Part shown: one piece after another, positions 9,675 to 19,072 of the stretch
Numbering within the stretch: the stretch's first letter is position 1
How the letters are laid out: the number at the start of each line of letters is the position of its first letter
Origin: a virus
Taxonomy: Duplodnaviria > Heunggongvirae > Uroviricota > Caudoviricetes
Direction: 5' to 3' (one strand)
Length of the DNA stretch: 64,000 bases
Virus record (IMG/VR): IMGVR_UViG_3300033073_001657
Location: 29,419-93,418 of that record
Program-made: the position numbers and the translations under genes
The notes under the pieces: generated by a model
What the model was told of the DNA's origin: nothing
Seen by the model: only the letters and a program-made list of their open reading frames with translations
The model's database searches: none

Positions 9675-11393
9675 ATGGCAGGATTCTTAGATACCTCAGG
9701 AAGAAGAGTAAGTAGCGCTCTATCAAACTTAAGTAAGTTTGGTACAAGACACGAAGACCTTTTGCTTAAAAATTCACAAGCAATCGGTTTTATTGAAAGT
9801 CAGTTACAGTCTCGTACTTCTAGGCTAAACTCGAACGATGAACTTCTTAAGTTCTCAATGGCGATATCCGATACTACTTCTCAATTAAGAACTAAGGCGA
9901 TAGCTTTCTTTCAATTAGATTATGTAGTAAAAAGAGAGCGATTACGAGACGTTGCAGCCAATGGTGAAATCGAATTTATCCTTGAAACCATCGTCGACGA
10001 TATGATCGTTTATGACGATGAACAACGTTTTATCTATCCTAAAGACCTTACTGGTAAGATGCTTTATCGAGGAGATACAAAAGAAGAACGTTTGAATTTT
10101 CAAGAAAAAGTACTTAGAAAATATAACGATAACTTTGAAAGAATTTACACTGCTTGGGGATTCGCTGAAGGCATTTCTGCATGGCAATATGCATTTCAAT
10201 TCTTAGTAGAAGGACACCTCTCTTTTGAGATTATCTATGATGACTTAGAAAAACCTAAAGAAGTAATTGGATTTAAGGAACTTGATCCTGCTAGTATTGC
10301 TCCTCAATTACAGAAGGACTCTAAAGGTAAGATTTTTCTACAGTGGTTACAATACGATCAACAGACTGGTTCTACCAGAGTTCTTAATGATTCTCAAGTA
10401 ATCTATATCTCGTATGCTAATCACTTTAGAACAAAGAGAGTAAGTTTCGTTGAACGTCTAATTAGATCTTTTAACCTACTAAGAATCATCGAACACAGTA
10501 AAGTTATTTGGCACGTGATGAATGCGCCTATTCGTTTAACAACAACTGTTCCAATCGGAAGTAAGAGTTTTCAAAAGGGTCAAGAAGACGTTCGTGAATT
10601 CTTAAACATGTTCAAAGAAGACATCTATTTTAATGGTGATTCTGGAGAGCTAAACGTAGACGGTAAACCAAATATCCTATTTTATAAGAATTATATTTTA
10701 CCAGTTAATGACCAGAACCAACAAGTAAAAATTGAGACTCTGCAGACTCCTGGACCTAACTTGTCTGGGTCAGAACTATTGAACTATTTTTACAAAAAAT
10801 TGAAAATGGATTCAAAGATTCCTTATTCAAGATGGGAAGGTCAGTCTGGTATGGGTGCATTTACTCTTAATGCTGAAGGTATTACTCGTGAAGAGGTACG
10901 TTATCAAAAATTTGTCAATCGATTAAGATCGGCTTTTTCAGAGATGATGGTTAAACCATGGTATTTGCAAATGTGTTTAGACTTTCCCGATCTAGCCGAC
11001 GACTATAAGTTTAACAATGCAATAGGAATCAAATTCAATAATGATAACGTCTTTGAAGAGATGAAGAAAAATGAAATTGAAGCTAAGCGAATTGCTTCGT
11101 TCCAAGCTAAGAAAGGAGTAATGAAAGATGACGGTACTCCATTCTTCTCTACTGAATACTTAATTAGAGAAGAGCTTAAGATGACTGAATCTGAGATCCA
11201 AGCCAATCAGACTTGGTTCGATCAACACATAGATGAGGAAGAGGAAGCAGCGGCGGCACCTGCCGGAGCCGCTCCAGGAGCACAACCGGCACCAGGAGGC
11301 GGAGCACCGGCCGCTCCAGGCGGAGAGGCACCAGCTGAAGGAGGAAGTGAAGTAAAAGAAGGTGGAGAAACTTCTGGAGAAGGGCAACTTTAA
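9675..11393 (+). CDS. large structural protein, possibly portal
   Basis: 572 aa. The C-terminal tail is low-complexity and Ala/Pro/Gly/Glu-rich. The size and the position before the virion block fit a portal, but no motif was recognised. Confidence 0.3.
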   Translation: MAGFLDTSGRRVSSALSNLSKFGTRHEDLLLKNSQAIGFIESQLQSRTSRLNSNDELLKFSMAISDTTSQLRTKAIAFFQLDYVVKRERLRDVAANGEIEFILETIVDDMIVYDDEQRFIYPKDLTGKMLYRGDTKEERLNFQEKVLRKYNDNFERIYTAWGFAEGISAWQYAFQFLVEGHLSFEIIYDDLEKPKEVIGFKELDPASIAPQLQKDSKGKIFLQWLQYDQQTGSTRVLNDSQVIYISYANHFRTKRVSFVERLIRSFNLLRIIEHSKVIWHVMNAPIRLTTTVPIGSKSFQKGQEDVREFLNMFKEDIYFNGDSGELNVDGKPNILFYKNYILPVNDQNQQVKIETLQTPGPNLSGSELLNYFYKKLKMDSKIPYSRWEGQSGMGAFTLNAEGITREEVRYQKFVNRLRSAFSEMMVKPWYLQMCLDFPDLADDYKFNNAIGIKFNNDNVFEEMKKNEIEAKRIASFQAKKGVMKDDGTPFFSTEYLIREELKMTESEIQANQTWFDQHIDEEEEAAAAPAGAAPGAQPAPGGGAPAAPGGEAPAEGGSEVKEGGETSGEGQL

Positions 11394-11407
11394 TTTATAA
11401 GAACACT

Positions 11408-11433
11408 TGAGTATAATAACTAAAAATTATACT
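11408..11433 (+). promoter_or_regulatory. perfect 9-bp inverted repeat GAGTATAAT(aactaaaa)ATTATACTC abutting start codon of ORF 11435
   Basis: Seen directly in the sequence. The element combines the TATAAT-type and AACTAAAA boxes. Confidence 0.4.
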
Positions 11434-11434
11434 C

Positions 11435-11815
11435 ATGAAAGAAAAATTAACAAGTCTAACTGAGAGACTCATGATCCTTCCTGCTGAAATCTCAGATCTT
11501 CAAATTAAGGCTTTGTCATTAAATGATGGAATCCAATTAATCTCAGAAGAGATCGTTCAAAGAGAGTCTGAGATCAAGACAGAAATCAATTCTGCACTTG
11601 ACGAAAACGGTAAAAAGCTTTATTCTAATGATGAAGCAAGAAAAATTGCGTTTTTGACAGATTCAAAAGAAGATTCTATACTGTCTAAGTTGTATTCTGA
11701 GAAATCTGAACACTCTCACAAGTTAGATCTTATCAGAATCTCAATTGAGCAGCACTCGAATGAACAGAGAAATATACGATCTATCTTATCAGTGATTAAT
11801 TTGTTGGAAGATTAA
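11435..11815 (+). CDS. hypothetical coiled-coil protein
   Basis: 126-aa ORF. Confidence 0.5.
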   Translation: MKEKLTSLTERLMILPAEISDLQIKALSLNDGIQLISEEIVQRESEIKTEINSALDENGKKLYSNDEARKIAFLTDSKEDSILSKLYSEKSEHSHKLDLIRISIEQHSNEQRNIRSILSVINLLED

Positions 11816-12189
11816 TCGTAGAACATTGCAAACGAGTTCTTCGTTTCAGGTATGTCAATAAGAAGTACGAAAATGTCACGATTAGATTTATCATCTGGAT
11901 ATAGTGAAGGAGATACTGTGATCTGTCTTTTTCGTGCTTCTGCGACGTATTTATTGATCTGACCAGTAGCATCTTTACCTAGTCTACTCGGATCAATTGA
12001 ATATTCAAATAGGTAAGAATCTAAATCTATTCCAAAATCAGGTTCACCTAATACTTCTCCTTTTCGGGTAAAAAGAGTCATCTTAACCTGCTGAATAGCA
12101 GATTCTAATTCATCACTAATCTCAACACGGTCTCCTAAATATTTAGGATCCTCATTAGTTCGGGTATAAAAATCTCTAAGGCTTGCCAT
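11812..12189 (-). CDS. baseplate wedge protein, GpW/gp25-like
   Basis: 125 aa. The motif GEVLGEPDFGIDL is typical of the gp25/GpW family. Confidence 0.55.
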   Translation of the reverse strand: MASLRDFYTRTNEDPKYLGDRVEISDELESAIQQVKMTLFTRKGEVLGEPDFGIDLDSYLFEYSIDPSRLGKDATGQINKYVAEARKRQITVSPSLYPDDKSNRDIFVLLIDIPETKNSFAMFYD

Positions 12190-12191
12190 AA

Positions 12192-12926
12192 TTATTGTCT
12201 AGTTAAATACATCCAGTCTGGAGTGTTTTCTCCCTTCATCATCGTCTTAACGTCTTCCATCTCTTTTTCAGCAGTCGTTACGATATTCTGATAGTTTACC
12301 GTAACTCCTCCAGGAAGAGTATAATTAAATGTCTGAAGCATGTGAGCTAATCTCACCTTTGCATGAGCACGAACATATCTTTGAAACATCTCGTCCTCAA
12401 ATAATTTATCTTGATCAAGTTTTTTAAATACTCTAATCACTGCATTAGTTGCTGGTGTTCTACCAATAACTCCAAGTAACTTACTATTTTTATTATAGTC
12501 ATATGCGATAGTATCGATCATCATCGCTTTAGTCAAATCTAAGAATGAGAACATCACGGTTCTATACATAATACTCTCACCGATGAAAGGTGTTAAGAAT
12601 ATCTCAGCTCCAATAAATTTTTGTTCTGCGAAATCTCTATCAATGGTTCCGAAAATAGATCCTCCCTTAGCTTCTTTAAAGTCAACTACAAATTGAACAC
12701 AATCCGGTAATTGTATCTGACGAAGCTTTTTAAATGTTTCGTTTTGAAATAACTCTAACGGAAGCAATAAATATCTACTTTCTACTGCATGTCTCCAGTT
12801 ATCCCAAAAATATCTAGAATCATTCTCAATGATACGTTTCAATTCCTTTTCAGGAAGACCATATGGTAGAGCACCTGAGAAAGTAATCTCATCGTTTATA
12901 TCCTGTATTAACTCCTGTTCTGTCAT
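12192..12926 (-). CDS. hypothetical structural protein (baseplate-associated?)
   Basis: 244-aa ORF in an operon with the gp25-like ORF. Confidence 0.45.
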   Translation of the reverse strand: MTEQELIQDINDEITFSGALPYGLPEKELKRIIENDSRYFWDNWRHAVESRYLLLPLELFQNETFKKLRQIQLPDCVQFVVDFKEAKGGSIFGTIDRDFAEQKFIGAEIFLTPFIGESIMYRTVMFSFLDLTKAMMIDTIAYDYNKNSKLLGVIGRTPATNAVIRVFKKLDQDKLFEDEMFQRYVRAHAKVRLAHMLQTFNYTLPGGVTVNYQNIVTTAEKEMEDVKTMMKGENTPDWMYLTRQ

Positions 12927-12932
12927 GCTTCT

Positions 12933-13376
12933 TTATTGATTTGATCCGGTTCCTCCACCACGTTTATCACTAAATCTAACGCTAGACTTATCAATATCTA
13001 AGTTAAATTCTTTATCTCCCATCGATCTACCGATCGCTCTCTGATTCTTCTTAGCAATTACTGCATCCTGTTTACCAGCTCTTTCCATAGAGTTTTTCAT
13101 TACTTGATCTAGAGCTTGAGCTTTCATCTTTTTCTTCCAATCGCTGTGAAAGATCATATTCATTGCTCTAGTTATATCGACCTCTTGAACATGTCCATCA
13201 TAACGATTTGGGTTGCGTGCAGCTTTTTCATTAGCTAGTTCCCTAGCTATTGACATAATCGAAGTATAAAGTCCACCCAATGCACCTTGCACCATGCCTT
13301 TAAAATTAGTTGGGTACACCACTTCCTTAGTAGCTTCATTGATAAATTGATGATATGTTTTTATGTTTCTTTCCAT
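12933..13376 (-). CDS. internal/virion protein candidate with T4-like CTS (MERNIKTYHQFINE)
   Basis: The N-terminus closely matches the T4 internal protein III CTS MKTYQEFIAE. Confidence 0.6.
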   Translation of the reverse strand: MERNIKTYHQFINEATKEVVYPTNFKGMVQGALGGLYTSIMSIARELANEKAARNPNRYDGHVQEVDITRAMNMIFHSDWKKKMKAQALDQVMKNSMERAGKQDAVIAKKNQRAIGRSMGDKEFNLDIDKSSVRFSDKRGGGTGSNQ

Positions 13377-13705
13377 TATGCAGTAGGTGTAGCTGGGGCA
13401 GCAGGTTGTGCTGGAGCAGCTGGCTGATTTGCAGCAGCATTCTTTTGTGCAGCATTAGACTTAAGAACAGCTGCATCATACGCTTTTTGTAGATTCAAAA
13501 CTTTTGTATCTTGAGTAGCTTTTTGAGTGTTTATTTGAAGCTGTATTTCTTTTTCTTTCTGTAAAGCATTATATTGTGTTAAAAGAGCAGGATCAGTCGG
13601 TGCACCCTCTTCTTTAATCATTTGAGGATTTGCACCAGCTTCTACTTCTTGTGATGCTTTGTTTTCAGCATTTTGAAAGCTTTTAAAACTTTTTACGTAA
13701 GCCAT
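13376..13705 (-). CDS. internal/virion protein candidate with CTS (MAYVKSFKSFQNAE), Ala/Pro/Gln-rich
   Basis: 109 aa. A late box lies at 13715-13733. Confidence 0.55.
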   Translation of the reverse strand: MAYVKSFKSFQNAENKASQEVEAGANPQMIKEEGAPTDPALLTQYNALQKEKEIQLQINTQKATQDTKVLNLQKAYDAAVLKSNAAQKNAAANQPAAPAQPAAPATPTA

Positions 13706-13714
13706 TTTAATCTG

Positions 13715-13733
13715 CTTTTTTATTATTTATTTG
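13715..13733 (-). promoter_or_regulatory. late-type promoter box (AAATAAATAATAAAAAAG on - strand)
   Basis: Recurrent motif. Confidence 0.4.
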
Positions 13734-13998
13734 TAAATCGTTTTGATGTCTCGACAAACTCTTGATACGACAAAACTTTAACTTTTTTCTCCATCCTAGG
13801 ATTAGATCCGAATGCGCTACTCGCACTTCTTCCACCAAGGAACGGAGAATTATTCCATTGTGCTGGAACGGTCCCAGATGATCCCGAATAGAACATCATA
13901 GCATTTGCACGTTTAGTATCCGGCTCCATGATTCTTTCTGCTGGATCTGGTTCCATCATGATTGCACCAAAGCCCTCGACTAGTCTCATTAACCTCAT
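13723..13998 (-). CDS. hypothetical protein
   Basis: 91-aa ORF. Confidence 0.4.
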   Translation of the reverse strand: MRLMRLVEGFGAIMMEPDPAERIMEPDTKRANAMMFYSGSSGTVPAQWNNSPFLGGRSASSAFGSNPRMEKKVKVLSYQEFVETSKRFTNK

Positions 13999-13999
13999 A

Positions 14000-14461
14000 T
14001 TATCCTTGTGGAAAATCTAATTCTTCAGCTGGTTGGTCCAATGAAAATTCAGGAGCCTGTGGTTCCATTTGTTTTGAGAAATTAATATCAGTATCATCAC
14101 CTTCCATTTCAGTCTCTTCAGGAGCTTCTCCAGTAGTCTGATTAAGAATTTCTTCAGTATTTGAGTCAATGAATTGTTGTAGTCCCATACAGATAAGTGG
14201 GTTAATTGCATTACAACGATCGATTAATTCTCTTACCGTCAAGTTCATTACATCAGGTTGAGGCAATGCTTGTTGTTCTTGATCTGGGTTTTCCTGAAAA
14301 TCAAAATCTGGCATCATTTCCTCTGGTGATTGAACTGGTGCAGGTGGAGCCATTTGTGGCATAGATTGATCCATTTGTGGCATAGGTTGAGGGGCTGGCA
14401 TCTGTCCATTCATTGGTAACTGTTGAACATCATCAGCTTCATAAAGTCTCTTAATACGCAT
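14000..14461 (-). CDS. Pro/Gln/Met-rich acidic protein (scaffold- or internal-protein-like)
   Basis: 153 aa with N-terminus MRIKRLYEADD. A late box lies at 14484-14495. Confidence 0.5.
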   Translation of the reverse strand: MRIKRLYEADDVQQLPMNGQMPAPQPMPQMDQSMPQMAPPAPVQSPEEMMPDFDFQENPDQEQQALPQPDVMNLTVRELIDRCNAINPLICMGLQQFIDSNTEEILNQTTGEAPEETEMEGDDTDINFSKQMEPQAPEFSLDQPAEELDFPQG

Positions 14462-14529
14462 AATTTAAAGTTTATTTTATAGTGTTATTTATTTGGAAAC
14501 CGAATCGTCGTTTTAAGATATAATAAATC

Positions 14530-14778
14530 ATGAAGGAAAAAGATATAACTGCTAGACAAGCTGCATTGAATACTGCTCTCCGAGATACAATACTTAAGAA
14601 AATAGATGCCCTTAGGGAAAACATAGTTTTTGGAAAAGGCTCAGACAAGCCATCATATTTTCAAATGTTGATCATGGTGGATGAAGACCTAGATGATGTT
14701 TTACTTAATTGGGAATATGATTCGATTAATCCTAAGTTATCCTTTAATGGAGATGACTCCGATGAAGATGATTATTGA
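14530..14778 (+). CDS. hypothetical protein
   Basis: 82-aa ORF. Confidence 0.4.
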   Translation: MKEKDITARQAALNTALRDTILKKIDALRENIVFGKGSDKPSYFQMLIMVDEDLDDVLLNWEYDSINPKLSFNGDDSDEDDY

Positions 14779-15236
14779 TTCACATCGACTATGAATTTTC
14801 CAGCTCTAAGAAAATTTTTACCTAATATGCATGGATATTTCATGCTTTCTCGATCTGCTAGTGAGACTTTGATTTTAAATGAGTGTTCTCCTAATTCAAC
14901 TGTTGTATTAATCTGATATCTAGTCTCTTCTGAGCCAGAAGAGTTTTTTACTCTTATCTTCTTAAAATTTTTAAATTCCAAAACCTTTTTAGGCGAAGTT
15001 ACCCAAAAGAAGAGAACTCCTCCTTTTTCCTTTATATCATTTGCATGGATTGAGGTTCCGTCTGCACCAGTATCAAGCTTTGCTCTAATTGACTTTATTC
15101 CAAGGTCAGGAAAAGCTATTTTTTCAGCTTGTGATAGAGATCGAGGGTTAGAACCATATATGGTCCATCCATCAGGTCCTTGGTTAATCTTTGCAAGATC
15201 CAGGAATTCTCTAAAATTTTCTACTAATCTTATCAT
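14772..15236 (-). CDS. retropepsin-like aspartic protease domain protein with CTS-like N-terminus
   Basis: The motif AKLDTGADGTSIHA matches the D-T/S-G-A active-site signature. The N-terminus is MIRLVENFREF. Confidence 0.45.
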   Translation of the reverse strand: MIRLVENFREFLDLAKINQGPDGWTIYGSNPRSLSQAEKIAFPDLGIKSIRAKLDTGADGTSIHANDIKEKGGVLFFWVTSPKKVLEFKNFKKIRVKNSSGSEETRYQINTTVELGEHSFKIKVSLADRESMKYPCILGKNFLRAGKFIVDVNQ

Positions 15237-15237
15237 A

Positions 15238-15840
15238 TTAATGACTCATTAGAGCTCCTCCAAGAGAAGAAGCATGTACCGCAAGATGATTTATTGATTC
15301 GATATCAAGTTTAGTTTTTCTTTTAGTATAATCTACTCCGAGAACTCCTATGAACTTGTCATCAAGTGTCTTTATTGCAAAAAGATATGCTGACTTACAT
15401 CCAGATTCTTCAGCTACATATTTTAGTCCAAACGTTGCAATCTTTTCATCTTTAAAGTCTGATATTTCAATAATGTCTGCTGATAATAACTGATTCATTG
15501 ACTTAGTAAAGAGATTTACCGGAATGTTTTGAAAGCTTGTTTGAATCGAAGAAGTATTTACTGAAACCGTTTCATAGATAACACTAAATTTAGCAATCGA
15601 TTTTCCAGTAGGATAAAAATGTCCACCGTTATGAAATTGAGTTACCCAAACTCGATCAGCTTTAAATTCTTCTCTAATATGGTCTAATCTAGATATGACT
15701 AGCTCTCCGACTTTTAATGCATCAGTTACCATATCTGGTTTAGGTTTTGTTTTGTCTAATCTATTCTTGATCAAGATTATTAATACTGGCCCTAACACAC
15801 CAGTTATGAAAGCTATCGCAATTGACGTAAATGATTCCAT
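15238..15840 (-). CDS. membrane-anchored hypothetical protein
   Basis: 200 aa with an N-terminal transmembrane helix. Confidence 0.5.
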   Translation of the reverse strand: MESFTSIAIAFITGVLGPVLIILIKNRLDKTKPKPDMVTDALKVGELVISRLDHIREEFKADRVWVTQFHNGGHFYPTGKSIAKFSVIYETVSVNTSSIQTSFQNIPVNLFTKSMNQLLSADIIEISDFKDEKIATFGLKYVAEESGCKSAYLFAIKTLDDKFIGVLGVDYTKRKTKLDIESINHLAVHASSLGGALMSH

Positions 15841-15861
15841 CCTTTAACTTTAAAAATTTTA

Positions 15862-16446
15862 TTACATGTTGCATCCGCAAGAATATCCGTACTCGTTTGA
15901 GATTGGAACCTCTCCACAAATCTCACAAGTATCATCATCTTCTTCATTATGCGTATGATCTTCTTCGTCAAAAATATTTGGATAGTCTCCGTATTCTTCG
16001 TTAAGAAATTGAGCGAATCCTTTTACTAGAGTGATTCCTTCTTCTACTTTCTTTTTAGGATTTGCTCCAGCTTCAGGATTACCTTCCTCTTTTTCATCTT
16101 CGTCAGCCTCACCTTCTTCTGATCCGCCTTCTGCATGTTCAGCTTCCTCTTCTTCCGGTGACTCTTCGTTTTCATGTTCTTCGTTCTCTTCTGGTGCATT
16201 CATCTCTTGAGTATTATCTGCTGAGAATGCAGGTGAACCTTCTTCTCCAGGTCCAGCTGGGGTCATTTCATAGTTTCCAGCGACCGGTCTATTTGGTCCT
16301 ATTTGAGGTTGATCATATGTTTCTTCGTCAAAGCCTTCTTCGAAATTGGATGCAGCGTTCTTGATATCGTTTACGCTAGCTGGTTCGGTACTTCCATTAG
16401 AATATTTGTCAGAAAATTCCGTAAAATTTAAAACTCTACCTGGCAT
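15862..16446 (-). CDS. highly acidic protein with CTS (MPGRVLNFTEF) and C-terminal Cys cluster
   Basis: 194 aa. A long Glu/Asp run is followed by CEICG...CGC. Late box at 16458-16472. Confidence 0.55.
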   Translation of the reverse strand: MPGRVLNFTEFSDKYSNGSTEPASVNDIKNAASNFEEGFDEETYDQPQIGPNRPVAGNYEMTPAGPGEEGSPAFSADNTQEMNAPEENEEHENEESPEEEEAEHAEGGSEEGEADEDEKEEGNPEAGANPKKKVEEGITLVKGFAQFLNEEYGDYPNIFDEEDHTHNEEDDDTCEICGEVPISNEYGYSCGCNM

Positions 16447-16457
16447 TGTGTATAATT

Positions 16458-16472
16458 ATTTTAGTTATTTAT
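16458..16472 (-). promoter_or_regulatory. late-type promoter box (GATAAATAACTAAAA on - strand)
   Basis: Recurrent motif. Confidence 0.45.
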
Positions 16473-16522
16473 CTTGAACGATTCTTTGGTTTAGATGATA
16501 ACTTTAAAAAAACAAAATAACT

Positions 16523-16732
16523 ATGTCAATTAAAGTAAAGGACGAGTATCGAAAAAATGAATTGAGCCTTGATCCTGGAGGATCAACTGTCACCGCAATT
16601 ATGAGCAATGGAAAAAAATTAGATTATGATAAGATTAAATCTGTTGCAAAATATTGTGCTCGATTAAAAAATGAACCACAGATCGTTGAAATTCTTGTGG
16701 ATGGAGAACCTTATTGGAAACGTAATCAATAA
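16523..16732 (+). CDS. hypothetical protein
   Basis: 69-aa ORF. Confidence 0.4.
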   Translation: MSIKVKDEYRKNELSLDPGGSTVTAIMSNGKKLDYDKIKSVAKYCARLKNEPQIVEILVDGEPYWKRNQ

Positions 16733-16742
16733 AAACTAAAAT

Positions 16743-17153
16743 ATGACCGATGAAATGGAAAAATTGATCGATCTTTATTATGAAGATTCGATCGAATTAC
16801 CTGAAAACAGATTACTCTGTTTTAAGAGAATCTCAAATCACAAGTGCACTGACCGTCAAGCGGTAAGAGTATCAATTGAAGATCTTGAGACCGAAACTAC
16901 CACTGAACTTGGATTATATTTCGATGCTAAATGGACATTTAGTTCACCAATGAATGAAAGGATTTTTTGGCAACACGTAAAATCGAATATTCCAATGTTT
17001 AGAGAAGTCTTTGATCGTATGCGGATGAAGGTTCCAGGAAGAGAGATCCATGCTTATAAAATAAGATTCGGCCAGCTTACGAGTCGAAATTCAGCTAAGC
17101 TTGATAAATTAACAACAATCTTTAAAAGTGAATTAGATGAGTCGAATGTATAA
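16743..17153 (+). CDS. hypothetical protein
   Basis: 136-aa ORF. Confidence 0.45.
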   Translation: MTDEMEKLIDLYYEDSIELPENRLLCFKRISNHKCTDRQAVRVSIEDLETETTTELGLYFDAKWTFSSPMNERIFWQHVKSNIPMFREVFDRMRMKVPGREIHAYKIRFGQLTSRNSAKLDKLTTIFKSELDESNV

Positions 17154-17400
17154 AAACGTAGATATTGATGTCGAGATAGAATTCGATGATATCATGGAAT
17201 ATATTAATGACCATGCATCGGATTCTGAACTAAATTCAATTCGTAAAGAGATTGGTGAAATATTTGCAGAAGAATCAGACAATGGACTTGACGGATCCTA
17301 TATTCGAGGAGAAAAGATTATTCTCTTGGAATTGGCTGCTAAAAAGTATACACTTGAGGAGCTAGAACAACGCCTTGGAAATAAATTTGATTTGATATAA
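17137..17400 (+). CDS. hypothetical protein
   Basis: 87-aa ORF. Confidence 0.4.
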   Translation: MSRMYKNVDIDVEIEFDDIMEYINDHASDSELNSIRKEIGEIFAEESDNGLDGSYIRGEKIILLELAAKKYTLEELEQRLGNKFDLI

Positions 17401-17432
17401 AAAAAGCCGAGTTTAAACTCGGCTTTTTTATT
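17401..17432. terminator. bidirectional rho-independent terminator
   Basis: An A-run precedes the stem agccgagt / actcggct and a T-run follows, between convergent genes. Confidence 0.65.
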
Positions 17433-18214
17433 TACATTCTATATGCTTCTTTAAATGAGGTGTATCCGATGGTAAATCTTCGCCACTCAATTTGTGAATC
17501 GGGTTCGACTCCTTCATCCATTAGGAATTTAATTAGATCCATTGCATTTTTTCGATCTACTGCAAGTAGTGGCATTCTTTCGCTCTCAAACATCTGAATA
17601 GCTCCATCATGAGTTATAAATCCATGTATTACGACTGTTCCCCAGTCGGAATCCTTTCCTACTATTTTAAAATTTGAACCAAATGAACTGCGAAGTTCAA
17701 GATCAGTAACTGATAAATTAACTTCATCTCTATCTTGTCCACCAATAGGCATCCCTATTAGTTTAACCTCAGTAACTTGATTAGTTCCGTATTGTTTTCT
17801 ATGAGATGCTACGCGATCAGCAAAAACGCCCATGTTTCTTCCTCGTAGATCAGTCTCAATTTCTCTCCACTTTTTACCAGATACTTCATTCACATAACTT
17901 TCGAAGGTCTTAACAAAAATATCCCTTTCTGAAAAAGGATCCATTTCTCTATGTGAAGGAACTGCTACACTATTTTTTAGAAAGTTATATACTTCTTGAA
18001 TATCATCAGCTGACGATGCAATATGATCTACTGCCCATTCATGACCACCTTTTAGGATTTCATCAACTTGAGTACGATCCATTTGTACCAATTCATCGAT
18101 TATTCTCTTCATGGTTTCCAAGTTTCCAAAAAACATGTAATTTAGATCAGAGCCAGACTCTGCACATTTATCTGAGCTTCCTCCACATCCACATGAACAT
18201 TCATTAATTCTCAT
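17432..18214 (-). CDS. hypothetical protein with N-terminal Cys cluster
   Basis: 260-aa ORF. Confidence 0.5.
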   Translation of the reverse strand: MRINECSCGCGGSSDKCAESGSDLNYMFFGNLETMKRIIDELVQMDRTQVDEILKGGHEWAVDHIASSADDIQEVYNFLKNSVAVPSHREMDPFSERDIFVKTFESYVNEVSGKKWREIETDLRGRNMGVFADRVASHRKQYGTNQVTEVKLIGMPIGGQDRDEVNLSVTDLELRSSFGSNFKIVGKDSDWGTVVIHGFITHDGAIQMFESERMPLLAVDRKNAMDLIKFLMDEGVEPDSQIEWRRFTIGYTSFKEAYRM

Positions 18215-18223
18215 ATGTAATTT

Positions 18224-18997
18224 TTATTTTTTAATTACTCCCCTAGCGATTAGGATATCCTTTTTAGTGATTTCTCCATCTCCGCTCATATCTGGAAATT
18301 TTCCGCTCTGCTCGGGCTTCTTTTTTAGTTTAGTGCCTTTTTTAACCATTTTAGCTCGGTCTAATTCTTTTTTCGAGTTCTTCTTAGCCTCATTTACGAA
18401 TTGATTAAAACTCATGATTCCTCTAGACTCATTCGGCATCTCACCAACCACTGCATCTGGAGTAACTGCTCCACTTTCAATTTGTTCAGGAGTAGCTGGA
18501 ATAACTTCTTCCTTTGTTGAAGTATCAAGGTCAACTGACTTGATAAATTTAACTGTAATATCTGGAATGACATCCGCTTGTGCCGTTCCAGTTAGTACTT
18601 GAATAACATTAACACTGCTTTCTTCAAATCCCTTTAATATATTATTCTTAGCAGTCTCATCTAAATTAAATACTAAAGCTTCTGCATCATTTTTTTGTTT
18701 TTCATTGCTTGTATTTAAGATCACAAGCTTAATGTCAAGTGATTTAGTCTCATCCTGGTTATTCTTCCATTTAGCATCCTCTTTAGATACAGATTCTCCT
18801 TCCTTTAGATCATCGAAATCCTTTTTAGTAAGGGTGATCTCTAAGATATTTTCTTTAGCTAATATCCTAAAGTCCTTTAGCTTATCTACTGGTTCAGACT
18901 GTGTAGTACTTCCTGGAGTTCCCATCTCTTCTGGATCAAGTGGCATACCCATCTGTTCAGCTTCGTAAATTTTTGTAAAGTTAAAATATTTATGCAT
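18224..18997 (-). CDS. virion protein candidate with CTS-like N-terminus (MHKYFNFTKIYEAE)
   Basis: 257 aa. Late box at 19010-19026. Confidence 0.55.
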   Translation of the reverse strand: MHKYFNFTKIYEAEQMGMPLDPEEMGTPGSTTQSEPVDKLKDFRILAKENILEITLTKKDFDDLKEGESVSKEDAKWKNNQDETKSLDIKLVILNTSNEKQKNDAEALVFNLDETAKNNILKGFEESSVNVIQVLTGTAQADVIPDITVKFIKSVDLDTSTKEEVIPATPEQIESGAVTPDAVVGEMPNESRGIMSFNQFVNEAKKNSKKELDRAKMVKKGTKLKKKPEQSGKFPDMSGDGEITKKDILIARGVIKK

Positions 18998-19009
18998 CTT
19001 ATCAGATTC

Positions 19010-19026
19010 TTTTAGTTATTTATTTA
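19010..19026 (-). promoter_or_regulatory. late-type promoter box (TAAATAAATAACTAAAA on - strand)
   Basis: Recurrent motif. Confidence 0.45.
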
Positions 19027-19057
19027 ACCGTGTGTCAGTATTCTATAAAGAATTTAC

Positions 19058-19070
19058 GAATAAATAAATT
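19058..19070 (+). promoter_or_regulatory. late-type promoter box GAATAAATAAATT
   Basis: Lies 3 nt before the ATG of ORF 19073. Confidence 0.35.
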
Positions 19071-19072
19071 AG

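Noticed and set aside
9675-11393. Confident call of ORF 9675-11393 as portal protein
   Set aside because: Only size, position and a low-complexity acidic tail support it. No large terminase gene lies adjacent and no portal motif is recognisable by eye, so it is kept at low confidence.
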